DNA of 64,000 nt, from assembly GCA_965198235.1 (NCBI GenBank), contig OZ240248.1, forward strand, positions 4,384,001 through 4,448,000. Direction: 5' to 3'. This DNA comes from Candidatus Poribacteria bacterium (lineage in GTDB: Bacteria > Poribacteria > WGA-4E > WGA-3G). Both the position numbers and the translations under genes were made by a program. Below, piece by piece: positions 30,860 to 39,455 of this stretch; positions within the stretch are counted from its first letter, which is position 1, and each line of letters starts with the position of its first letter. The notes below the pieces were generated by a model, which was given only the letters and a program-made list of their open reading frames with translations, had not been told where the DNA came from and searched no databases.

Positions 30860-32419
30860 ATGAAATACTTCACCTACTTCGGCAACCATCTCATCAACGC
30901 GAAACTCCCAGACAATTCAGAGGTCTACTACGCGAAGCCTCCCCTGCCGGGAATTAAGCGCGCCACACTGCCTGAACGGACGCAGCGTGCTTTTGAAAAC
31001 CCACTTGAAATGCCACCCCTGCGAGAACTCGTCAACGGCAATTCTAAAGTGCTCATCCTATTTGACGATAACTGCCAACCTTTCCCACCTACGAAAAAGC
31101 CGGATATGCGGCAGATCATGATCGAGACGCTCCTGAAGATGCTCTATAACTACGGCGTGGAGAAAAAGAACATCCAACTGATGTGCGCTGTCGCGTTGCA
31201 TCGAAAGATGAAGGAGCACGAACTCGCCTATATGCTCGGGAAAGACATCATGGACGAGTTCTATCCGCATCAACTCCGAAACTTCGATGCCGAAGATGCA
31301 GAACAAATTGTTCAGGTAGGACACACAGAAAAAGACGAAATCGTTGAGACAGATAAGGCAGCCCTCGAATCCGATTTGGTGATTTACGTTGACATGATAC
31401 AAATCCCGCTCAATGGTGGGCATAAGTCCGTCGCGGTGGGTCTCGGCACATATAACTCTATCGCACCGCACCACTCGCCGCACATGACATCAGAAAGTCC
31501 GCACGTCATGCAACCCGAAGGTTCGCACATGCACGCTTGCATCGAGCGGATGAGCCGTCTCATTCAGAAAGAGACACCCATTTTGGTGCTCGAAGCGGCG
31601 ATGAACAGTGCGATCTATCCATTTCATCTGCGCTACGTCGGGAAACCGAACCGTGACTGCAACATCGCAGAGAAGGTCCTGAAAACCTTCACACCGGCGA
31701 CGCTATCGCTTCTGCCTGAATCGTTACGTTACAAGATTCTCAAGAGCGTACAGACGGACTACGAACCGATACAAATCAACGCAGGGGACATTGATGCCGT
31801 TCACGCGAAAACCTTAGCGTCAATGAAGGACCAGTTGGCAATAGACATCCCACGACAGTTCAGCACATTGGTATTCGGGCTTCCCGATATGAGTCCCTAC
31901 GCCGTTGATGCGCGTATCAATCCTGTCTTGGTGGTGAGCGACATCTTAGGCTACGTCTTCAACTGGTTCTATAATAAACCCATCATCAAAAAGAACGGCG
32001 TCGTTATTATTATGAACCCAACCTACGAGATATTCCATGAAGAGTATCACGTCGCTTACAAACAGTTTTACGATGAAGTCCTCGCCGAAACGACAGAACC
32101 TTTTGAGATGCAACAGAAGTTTCAGGAGAAATACGCAAAGGACGCGTATTTAATCGATTGCTATCGGAATAAGTTCGCACACCACGGTTTTCATCCGTTT
32201 ACCGTCTGGTATTGGGCGACATATCCGCTGAAATATCTCGCGAAGGTGATTCTCGTCGGTCCGAAGGAACCGAGAGTCGCGCAACAGCTCGGTGTTGATT
32301 GGGCAAAAAACTTAGACGATGCTCTTGCAATGGCACGCGAAATCTCTGGGGAGGACGATGTCGTTGCCTTGACGATGCCGCCGTTTTTCTATGCAAATGT
32401 TGGAGGCTCCAGTCAGTGA
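30860..32419 (+). CDS. Lactate racemase (LarA/DUF2088) domain protein
   Basis: LFDDNCQP, CAVALHRKM, NGGHKSVAVGL, HGFHPF; the last codons come from the inserted element. Confidence 0.75.
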   Translation: MKYFTYFGNHLINAKLPDNSEVYYAKPPLPGIKRATLPERTQRAFENPLEMPPLRELVNGNSKVLILFDDNCQPFPPTKKPDMRQIMIETLLKMLYNYGVEKKNIQLMCAVALHRKMKEHELAYMLGKDIMDEFYPHQLRNFDAEDAEQIVQVGHTEKDEIVETDKAALESDLVIYVDMIQIPLNGGHKSVAVGLGTYNSIAPHHSPHMTSESPHVMQPEGSHMHACIERMSRLIQKETPILVLEAAMNSAIYPFHLRYVGKPNRDCNIAEKVLKTFTPATLSLLPESLRYKILKSVQTDYEPIQINAGDIDAVHAKTLASMKDQLAIDIPRQFSTLVFGLPDMSPYAVDARINPVLVVSDILGYVFNWFYNKPIIKKNGVVIIMNPTYEIFHEEYHVAYKQFYDEVLAETTEPFEMQQKFQEKYAKDAYLIDCYRNKFAHHGFHPFTVWYWATYPLKYLAKVILVGPKEPRVAQQLGVDWAKNLDDALAMAREISGEDDVVALTMPPFFYANVGGSSQ

Positions 32420-32660
32420 CCCAATCCTAAAGGATTGGGCTTGTCCAAGATGGCAGCCACGCCTATCACTTGGACGAGGGTAACTCATTGACTACCGTAA
32501 TATATCGCAGTATCTCGGCGTGGCAGCCGAAACGATGTGTGTCAAACGGATATATCCTGTGGTCGGGTATATCCAAAGGATGCTCCCCAAGTCCCATTCC
32601 TCTCGGATACTGTGATCGGGATGGGGAAACATATACCCGCATTGCGGAGTTTTACCTGTT
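32412..32660 (+). ncRNA. omegaRNA/HEARO-like scaffold (3' end approximate)
   Basis: GTCAGTGA pairs with TCATTGAC (32485-32492); GGATGCTCCCCAAGTCCC...CTCT and GATGGGGAAACATATACC motifs, with CCCC/GGGG pseudoknot potential. Confidence 0.7.
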
Positions 32661-32858
32661 TTCCGAAAGACACCGTGTCAGGTCAAAGTAGCGGATAGTG
32701 ACAGTATCGGTGAACCGAAGCAGCACATCGGACGGAAATGCCTACGTGTTTGTGGCGAAAAAACAACACGCCCCCACTTCGGGGAAAAATCCTAAATTAG
32801 AAGGAGGCGGTGTTTCCTCCCCTGAATCAATTCAGGGGTTTCCACACCGAAGATTTTG
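32412..32858 (+). mobile_element. Non-autonomous IS200/IS605 (IscB-type) element without an ORF
   Basis: Left end GTCAGTGA plus hairpin CCCAATCCTAAAGGATTGGG; right-end hairpin CCCCTGAATCAATTCAGGGG; followed by ATGA; no TSD; removal restores a coupled gene junction. Confidence 0.8.
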
Positions 32859-33077
32859 ATGATTAAAGATTCCCCCATCGTTGAAGATATCCGACGTATT
32901 CGCAACAAGATTTCCGAGAAATTTGACCACGATATAGGTCGCTATATTGCCTACTTGCAGAGTGAGGCAGCCTCACGTCAAGCGAAGAAAGCTGCACAAC
33001 AGTCAAATAGTAGTGAAAATGGCCTCGCCAACACAGAAGACTACGATCAGAGGTCTAAGGAAACCAGGGTTAATTGA
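32859..33077 (+). CDS. Small hypothetical protein (antitoxin-like, PIVEDIRRIR..FDHD)
   Basis: Resembles small proteins usually found next to PIN toxins; the original RBS has been displaced by the element. Confidence 0.55.
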   Translation: MIKDSPIVEDIRRIRNKISEKFDHDIGRYIAYLQSEAASRQAKKAAQQSNSSENGLANTEDYDQRSKETRVN

Positions 33078-33114
33078 ACTTGCGAACCTATGAGCCCCAA
33101 AAAAGAGGAGTCTG

Positions 33115-34173
33115 ATGGAAGATACGGACTTTTTGATACCTACCAGCACTATCGGCAGTTACGCACCCCCGAGTTGGCTTTGCGTGACCTTAGAGGCAAT
33201 CGGACGCGGGGAACTCGGTGAAACCGACATTAACGAGACCTTCGACGATGCTGTTCGCACCGCCATCGCCGACCAAGAACGTGCTGGCGTTGACATCATC
33301 ACAGAGGGTGAGATGCGCCGACAAGACTTCGTGCTCGGTTTCTATGAACGGCTCACCGGGTTAGAGCAACTGCCTGCACCCAGAACACAGGGACCCGACG
33401 GACACGATCAACGCGGCAAATGGTTGCCTTCTGTTCCGCTCGCAGCTCCCGATGGTCTCGGTATCCTCGCAGAGTTTGAATTCGCGAAAAACGAGACGAC
33501 GAAACCGCTCAAGGTGACATGTCCCGGTCCGTTCACGCTCTCTGGACGTATTCAAACAGGTGGTATCTACAAGGAGCGACTTGAAGTTGCCTACGCCTGT
33601 GCGGAGATTATCAATACAGAACTCCGCCAACTCGTCGCCGCAGGCGCAGAATTCATACAGTTAGACGAACCCTCTTACGCCGTTTATCCTGACCGTCCTG
33701 AAGAGTTCGTCAAGCTTTTCAATCACACTGTTGAAGGTTTAGGGCGTAGCTCGCAAGCCCATATTGAACAGTCAGCAAAGATTGGACTGCATATCTGTTT
33801 CGGCAACTATCGCGGCAGAGCCGTCGGAAAACGTTCCTACCGTCCGCTCTTTCCCTATATTTTAGACGCAGATTTCGATCAACTCGCACTGGAATTCGCA
33901 AACCGAGAATTGGCAGAAATTGGATTATGGAGTGACTTCCCGAACGATAAAGAACTCGCCACAGGGCTCATTGATGTTAAAAACTACTATGTAGAGACAC
34001 CGGAGGATGTCGCAGCACTGCTCCGCGAAGCACTCAAGCACGTGCACCCTGAAAAACTCGCGATTACGCCGGATTGCGGCTTCAGCCAAACAGCGCGGTG
34101 GGCAGCTGCCGCCAAACTGAAAACGATGGTAGCCGGGACTGAAATTGTCCGCCGTGAACTCGCGGGATTTTAA
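33115..34173 (+). CDS. Cobalamin-independent methionine synthase II (single-barrel) family protein
   Basis: GVDIITEGEMRR, IQLDEP, HICFGN, PDCGF. Confidence 0.9.
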   Translation: MEDTDFLIPTSTIGSYAPPSWLCVTLEAIGRGELGETDINETFDDAVRTAIADQERAGVDIITEGEMRRQDFVLGFYERLTGLEQLPAPRTQGPDGHDQRGKWLPSVPLAAPDGLGILAEFEFAKNETTKPLKVTCPGPFTLSGRIQTGGIYKERLEVAYACAEIINTELRQLVAAGAEFIQLDEPSYAVYPDRPEEFVKLFNHTVEGLGRSSQAHIEQSAKIGLHICFGNYRGRAVGKRSYRPLFPYILDADFDQLALEFANRELAEIGLWSDFPNDKELATGLIDVKNYYVETPEDVAALLREALKHVHPEKLAITPDCGFSQTARWAAAAKLKTMVAGTEIVRRELAGF

Positions 34174-34198
34174 ACTATGGTCCCCTGGACAACCTTCT

Positions 34199-34304
34199 CT
34201 ACACATATTTCGCCCCGCTGGGGCTGAAGATGAGGGAGGCAACGTTTTCCTACACAGATACCGCCCCGCTGGGGCTGAAGATGAGGGAGGCGACATTTTC
34301 CTAC
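34199..34304. repeat. Tandem 51-bp REP-like repeat (2 copies)
   Basis: CGCCCCGCTGGGGCTGAAGATGAGGGAGGC...TTTTCCTAC duplicated. Confidence 0.85.
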
Positions 34305-34389
34305 TTTTTAGAGCAACTTGGGTTATATTATGGAAAGGCACGGTTTAACCAAACTTTTCTAATTGAACTGTAGGGAACATTAAAACTCT

Positions 34390-35955
34390 ATGAATACAAA
34401 TAAGAAGATACCCACACCCGAAGAAATTGAAAAAGAATTCCAAGAATTCGTACAACAGAAATACGGCGGCAGCGTCCGTTTAATTAATGCATCTGCCGGT
34501 GAACCCTCGCCTGAAGCAGAAGAAGAAGGACCTGAGCCGAAAAAAACCTTCGATCTGAAATTTGATCTCAAACCGAAGGAGATTAAGCAATATCTCGACC
34601 GATACGTGATTAAACAGGACGAGGCAAAGAAGGCACTCGCTATCGCTGTCTGTGACCACTACAACCACGTCCGGAAATGCCACGAAGATCCAACTGCCGC
34701 CGATGCTGATTACTCAAAGCAGAACATTGTTATGCTCGGACCAACCGGAATCGGCAAGACATATCTCATCCGACACATCGCCAAACTCATCGGTGTGCCG
34801 TTTGTCAAAGCGGATGCGACTCGATTCAGTGAAACCGGTTACGTTGGTGCGAACGTAGACGACCTAATTCGTGAACTGGTAACCCAAGCCGAAGATAACC
34901 TCGAATTGGCGCAATACGGAATCATCTATCTCGACGAAGCGGACAAAATCTCAACACCGCCAAATATCATCGGACGTGATGTAAGTGGGCGCGGTGTACA
35001 GACCGGGCTTCTTAAACTGATGGAGGAAACCGAAGTCGACCTCCGTGCAGGAAACGATGTCGCCTCACAGATGCGTGCCGCCATGGAATTCCAGAAAAGC
35101 GGCAAGGTCGAAAAAGAGGTTATCAACACACGGCACATCCTTTTCATCATCAGCGGTGCGTTCACAGGTATGGCGGATATTATCAAGAAACGCTTGCACC
35201 AAAGCAAAATCGGCTTCAATGCTGAGATTATCAGTCAAACCGATGATGTGACACAGTATTTCGAGAACGTCACACCGAAAGATTTCATCGACTTCGGTTT
35301 TGAACCGGAATTCATCGGACGACTTCCAGTACACGTCGTTTGCACGGAACTCGGCGTAGATGATCTCTTCCATATCCTGAAACACTCCGAAGGCTCCATT
35401 ATCCGGCAGTATGAAAACGCCTTTCGCGCGTATGGCATTACGACTCTATTTTCAGACTGCGGTTTACGAAGAATCGCCGAAAAAGCCATTGAGCAAAAAA
35501 CAGGTGCGCGTGCCTTAATGACGGTTTGCGAAAAGATTTTGCGCGACTATAAATTTGAACTCCCCTCCACCGGTGTCGAGGAATTTGTTGTCACCACTGA
35601 AGTTGTCGATGCCCCTGACACCGAGCTAAAGCGAATAACCGAAGATCACAACTATAACCGCGATACCGTTATGTGTGAACAGGTTCGCCGATATGAGGCA
35701 CAGTTCTACGCAGAACATCAATTGCAAATTCAGTTCGATGACGAAGCGACGGCTCTCATCTGTGAACGTGCGATTGCGGACAAACAAACAGTCCAGCAGG
35801 TCTGCGATCAACTCCTGGGAAGCTACCAGCACGGGTTAAACCTAATTAGGCAGAACACTGGACAATCCACATTCACTTTCCCAAAGGCTGTTTTGGAAAA
35901 TCCAGATCAGGTACTTGAAGAGTGGATTCGTGAGTCGTACACCACAAAACGTTGA
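34390..35955 (+). CDS. ClpX-like AAA+ ATPase (no zinc-binding domain, extended C-terminus)
   Basis: GPTGIGKT, ADATRFSETGYVG, RDVSGRGVQ, IGF loop, PEFIGRLP, GARAL. Confidence 0.85.
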   Translation: MNTNKKIPTPEEIEKEFQEFVQQKYGGSVRLINASAGEPSPEAEEEGPEPKKTFDLKFDLKPKEIKQYLDRYVIKQDEAKKALAIAVCDHYNHVRKCHEDPTAADADYSKQNIVMLGPTGIGKTYLIRHIAKLIGVPFVKADATRFSETGYVGANVDDLIRELVTQAEDNLELAQYGIIYLDEADKISTPPNIIGRDVSGRGVQTGLLKLMEETEVDLRAGNDVASQMRAAMEFQKSGKVEKEVINTRHILFIISGAFTGMADIIKKRLHQSKIGFNAEIISQTDDVTQYFENVTPKDFIDFGFEPEFIGRLPVHVVCTELGVDDLFHILKHSEGSIIRQYENAFRAYGITTLFSDCGLRRIAEKAIEQKTGARALMTVCEKILRDYKFELPSTGVEEFVVTTEVVDAPDTELKRITEDHNYNRDTVMCEQVRRYEAQFYAEHQLQIQFDDEATALICERAIADKQTVQQVCDQLLGSYQHGLNLIRQNTGQSTFTFPKAVLENPDQVLEEWIRESYTTKR

Positions 35956-36034
35956 GCATGGCAGTCAGCGGTCAGCTATCAGCAGTCAGCAGGAATAGCC
36001 GTCATCCATAAAGCGGAAAGTCATCATAAAAAAT

Positions 36035-36787
36035 ATGAACACTGAACAGAAGAAGCCGCAACGTCCTGAACCCTCAGATATTCAAGAAGTTGGCGCGCCA
36101 ATCGATGGAAAACCACAGGTGAGCGACCGGCGTTTGTTCTTTCAACTGCATGTCTTTAAAGAATGCTTCGATCATAGACTTATCATTAAGACACTTGAGA
36201 AAGGAAGCCTAAATGCAGTCCTATACGACGATTTAAACCATCCAACAGGGATCGGTGTGCTTCTCATCGCAGAAGATCCAACGGTATTGATGACGGAGTC
36301 ACGAACCCTACTCGTAAAAACACAGGACACGCCTAAGCTTTCATATCGTCCAGAAATGACTATGACAGGTCGAACCTATTCAAGCGGCAGAGAACCGAAT
36401 CTGGAAGAGTGGCTCCTCAACAGACCCCTCCAAAATGCCCTCAATCCTGATTTTCCGTGGGCGATTTGGTATCCACTGCGCCGAAAACCTGAGTTCTATC
36501 GTCTTGAATACCGTGAGCGGGGCCGAATCTTAGGCGAACACGCCTTGCTGGGTCGCAGTTACGCCGCGGGTGGATACGCCAGTGACATCCGACTCGCATG
36601 CTTCGGATTAGACACAAAGGACAATGAATTCGTTATCGGATTGGTCGGTCCCGATTTACATCCTTTATCACGTTTGATACAGGATATGCGTCAAACGGAG
36701 CAGACCACCAAATACATCGAATCACTCGGTCCCTTCTTTGTTGGAAAGGTTCGGAAGCAATTTTTTAACGATTTTTCTAACAATTGA
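36035..36787 (+). CDS. Chlorite dismutase/coproheme decarboxylase family protein
   Basis: WYPLRR, EHALLG, GLD..EF, GPFFVG. Confidence 0.8.
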   Translation: MNTEQKKPQRPEPSDIQEVGAPIDGKPQVSDRRLFFQLHVFKECFDHRLIIKTLEKGSLNAVLYDDLNHPTGIGVLLIAEDPTVLMTESRTLLVKTQDTPKLSYRPEMTMTGRTYSSGREPNLEEWLLNRPLQNALNPDFPWAIWYPLRRKPEFYRLEYRERGRILGEHALLGRSYAAGGYASDIRLACFGLDTKDNEFVIGLVGPDLHPLSRLIQDMRQTEQTTKYIESLGPFFVGKVRKQFFNDFSNN

Positions 36788-37130
36788 ATCTGTTAACCAT
36801 CAACTCGTGCTTTAACATTTATAACGGAGTCGAGTTGATGGTTAAACTGCTCCAAATGTAAAGCATTCTGCGCAAGCCTATAGAGGCTTGCGGGACAATG
36901 CGAAGCAAAATTATGCCATTTAAGGAAACCTAATTTCATTCCGTAGTGGTTTTTGGTTAAATGAAGCCCCTTGCTGCCCTGTGCACGCTGAGCTGCCCGC
37001 AGTACTGAAATCGTTAACAAACCATTGACAACCGAAAGTAGGTCTTTTAACAATTTTGCATCCGTGCTGACAACGGAGGCACGGCCCATATTGAACAGTT
37101 TAAAATACCAGATGCCCATAGTTTAAAAAA

Positions 37131-37856
37131 ATGAGAAATATTCTTGCAGTTTGCACAAAAGAACTCTATACCTATTTCGTCTCACCGATCGCCTATTTCG
37201 TCTGTTTTGTCTTTACAGCGATTTCGGGCTTCCTGTTCTCCATCCTGATTATCAGTGCGAGCAACGTCGGCGGGACCGGCGGATACGTGATAGAAACACT
37301 CTTCGGTAACATGGCGATTGTCTTACTCTTTTTTACGCCGGTGTTGACAATGAAACTCTTTGCAGAAGAACGGAAATCGGGAACGATTGAGCTACTTCTT
37401 ACTTCTCCAATCACAGATGGACAAGTCGTACTCGGCAAATTTTTGGCGAGCTGCACACTGGTACTGATTATGCTTGGCTTGACCCTTCTGTTCCCACTCC
37501 TCACCCAACGCTTCGGTTATTTGGACAGCGGACTCCTGATCAGCAGTTATCTCGGCATCATCCTCATCAGTTCCTCCTTTCTGGCATTAGGCTTACTGAT
37601 GTCGTCAATGTGTAAAAATCAACTCGTCGCCGCGTTGACGAGTTTCGGTATCCTCATAACATTGTGGGTGATCGGCTCGCTTTCAGCCCGCGGTGGACCG
37701 ATAGCGAAATTCCTGAGTTACCTATCGCTACCTGAACACTACCGAGATTTCGCACGCGGTATCATCCTTTTGAAAGATGTTCTTTACTACGTCAGTTTCA
37801 CATGTGTCTGCTTATTTGCAACGTTCAAGTCCATTGAATCATCAAAATGGAGATAG
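37131..37856 (+). CDS. ABC-2 permease (GldF-like)
   Basis: KELYTYFVSPIAY, AEERKSGTIELLLTSP, GKFLA. Confidence 0.9.
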   Translation: MRNILAVCTKELYTYFVSPIAYFVCFVFTAISGFLFSILIISASNVGGTGGYVIETLFGNMAIVLLFFTPVLTMKLFAEERKSGTIELLLTSPITDGQVVLGKFLASCTLVLIMLGLTLLFPLLTQRFGYLDSGLLISSYLGIILISSSFLALGLLMSSMCKNQLVAALTSFGILITLWVIGSLSARGGPIAKFLSYLSLPEHYRDFARGIILLKDVLYYVSFTCVCLFATFKSIESSKWR

Positions 37857-37859
37857 AAC

Positions 37860-39455
37860 ATGGAAGCCAACAAAAGGGTTACAGGTCCGCTCCTCGGTTT
37901 TTTAACGCTAATTTTCAGTTTTATTGCGATCGCCAGTTGGATCTTTCAAGCGAGGCTCGTTTTTTGGATCTGCCTCTTGCTCGCGCTTGTCTCACTCGCC
38001 ATTTTCGCACGCGTGCGATTTGCGGACTTCATGAATTTCTTCATCAGCCGCCAGGCGCGTTACGGAGCGAACGTTGCTTTGAGTATCGTTGGTATTATCG
38101 GCATTGTGGTTTTTGTCAATGCTATTGTTGTCCAGCGGTTCGATAAAAAAGCAGATTTAACGAAGTTACAACTTTACACACTCTCGGAACAAACGCAGAC
38201 CGTTCTCAAAGACCTTAAAAAGGAAATCCGGGTAATAGCGTTTTTCAGCGATGACACCTCACAGTCAGCAGCTCGTGCGAAAGATATGTTAGAATTGTAC
38301 CAGCGTGAAACTGAATTTTTAACCATTTCATTTAAAAATCCTTACATCGACCTTCAACTTCGCGACAAGTATCAACTGAGATACGACGGAACAATCATTT
38401 TCGACAGTGAAGACCGGTACGAAAAAGTTACCGCCGTTGAGGAACAGAAATTCACAAGCGCAATTCTTAAACTCATCCGAGACGAAACAAAAAAAGTCTA
38501 CTTCCTTGTGGGCCACAAAGAACATGAAATCAGTGACTTCAATAACAACGGATATAGTGAAGTCCAGACAGAGTTAGAGAACCAAAATTATGCTGCGTTT
38601 CCCCTCTCGCTCTTGACAGAACCGGACATTCCAGCAGATTGTGAATTACTTGTTATTGCTGGTCCAAAAAATCCCTTGAGGCGCAATGAAATTGACATAG
38701 TGGGAAAATACTTAAAGCGTAACGGAAAATTGCTCCTGATGCTCGATCCATCGGTAGCCTCTACAGAGGATGTCAACAGAGGGCTCGTTGGACTCATGAA
38801 GAGATGGGGGATCGCGATAGGAAATGATCTCGTCATCGACGAAACCCAGTTCGTCCCGCTGTTCGGACCCCGTGCACCCGTCCCAGGATTTGAATTGCAC
38901 GAGATTACGCGTTCTATGAGAGATCCTGTAGCGTTCCCTGTGACTCGTTCTGTCACACCCATAACAGACAGAGCCTCGAACCTAAGCGTCAAATCGCTTG
39001 CCAAAACTATTGGCGGAACAGACGACAGCTGGGGCGAAAAGCAACGCGGCACTGATGGCACTTTCAGCGGAGCGTTTACCTATACGCTCGGGGCAGACAC
39101 ACCGCCACCGGTATCCGTTGCCGTCGCCGCTGAGCAAAAGATCGATCAAAATAGCGATGGGAATGCCTCACGCAGTCCGACTCGAATCGTCGTTTTTGGA
39201 GACTCAGATTTCGCAGTGAATGCCGCGTTCCGAGAGGCAAACCGCGACCTCTTTCTATCTACAATCAATTGGCTTACATTAGAGGAGGATCTCATCGCGA
39301 TCCGTCCGATCGACTTACAGGGGCAAACGCTGCGTCAAATGCGCGTTCACGATATTCGTTTAGTGCAAATAACATCTGTCTTCCTGATACCTTCAATCGT
39401 CTTTATTGCTGGACTCATCGTTTGGTGGCAACGCCGTAAAGGAGAGGACTCGTGA
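37860..39455 (+). CDS. GldG-like ABC transporter auxiliary protein
   Basis: DLTK..YTLS, YFLVGHKE, VFGDSDF, NWL. Confidence 0.85.
   Translation: MEANKRVTGPLLGFLTLIFSFIAIASWIFQARLVFWICLLLALVSLAIFARVRFADFMNFFISRQARYGANVALSIVGIIGIVVFVNAIVVQRFDKKADLTKLQLYTLSEQTQTVLKDLKKEIRVIAFFSDDTSQSAARAKDMLELYQRETEFLTISFKNPYIDLQLRDKYQLRYDGTIIFDSEDRYEKVTAVEEQKFTSAILKLIRDETKKVYFLVGHKEHEISDFNNNGYSEVQTELENQNYAAFPLSLLTEPDIPADCELLVIAGPKNPLRRNEIDIVGKYLKRNGKLLLMLDPSVASTEDVNRGLVGLMKRWGIAIGNDLVIDETQFVPLFGPRAPVPGFELHEITRSMRDPVAFPVTRSVTPITDRASNLSVKSLAKTIGGTDDSWGEKQRGTDGTFSGAFTYTLGADTPPPVSVAVAAEQKIDQNSDGNASRSPTRIVVFGDSDFAVNAAFREANRDLFLSTINWLTLEEDLIAIRPIDLQGQTLRQMRVHDIRLVQITSVFLIPSIVFIAGLIVWWQRRKGEDS

Noticed and set aside
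32470-32691. 73-aa ORF within the IS605-like element as an IscB remnant
   Set aside because: No PLMP, RuvC or HNH motif; it overlaps the structured RNA.
34199-34304. CRISPR-like tandem repeats (also 2263-2338 and 50409-50485)
   Set aside because: Only two units each, the spacers at 34199 are near-identical, the family is dispersed and there are no cas genes. These are REP-type repeats.
36793-37119. 108-aa minus-strand ORF
   Set aside because: No recognisable motif or RBS, opposite to flanking genes; probably spurious.
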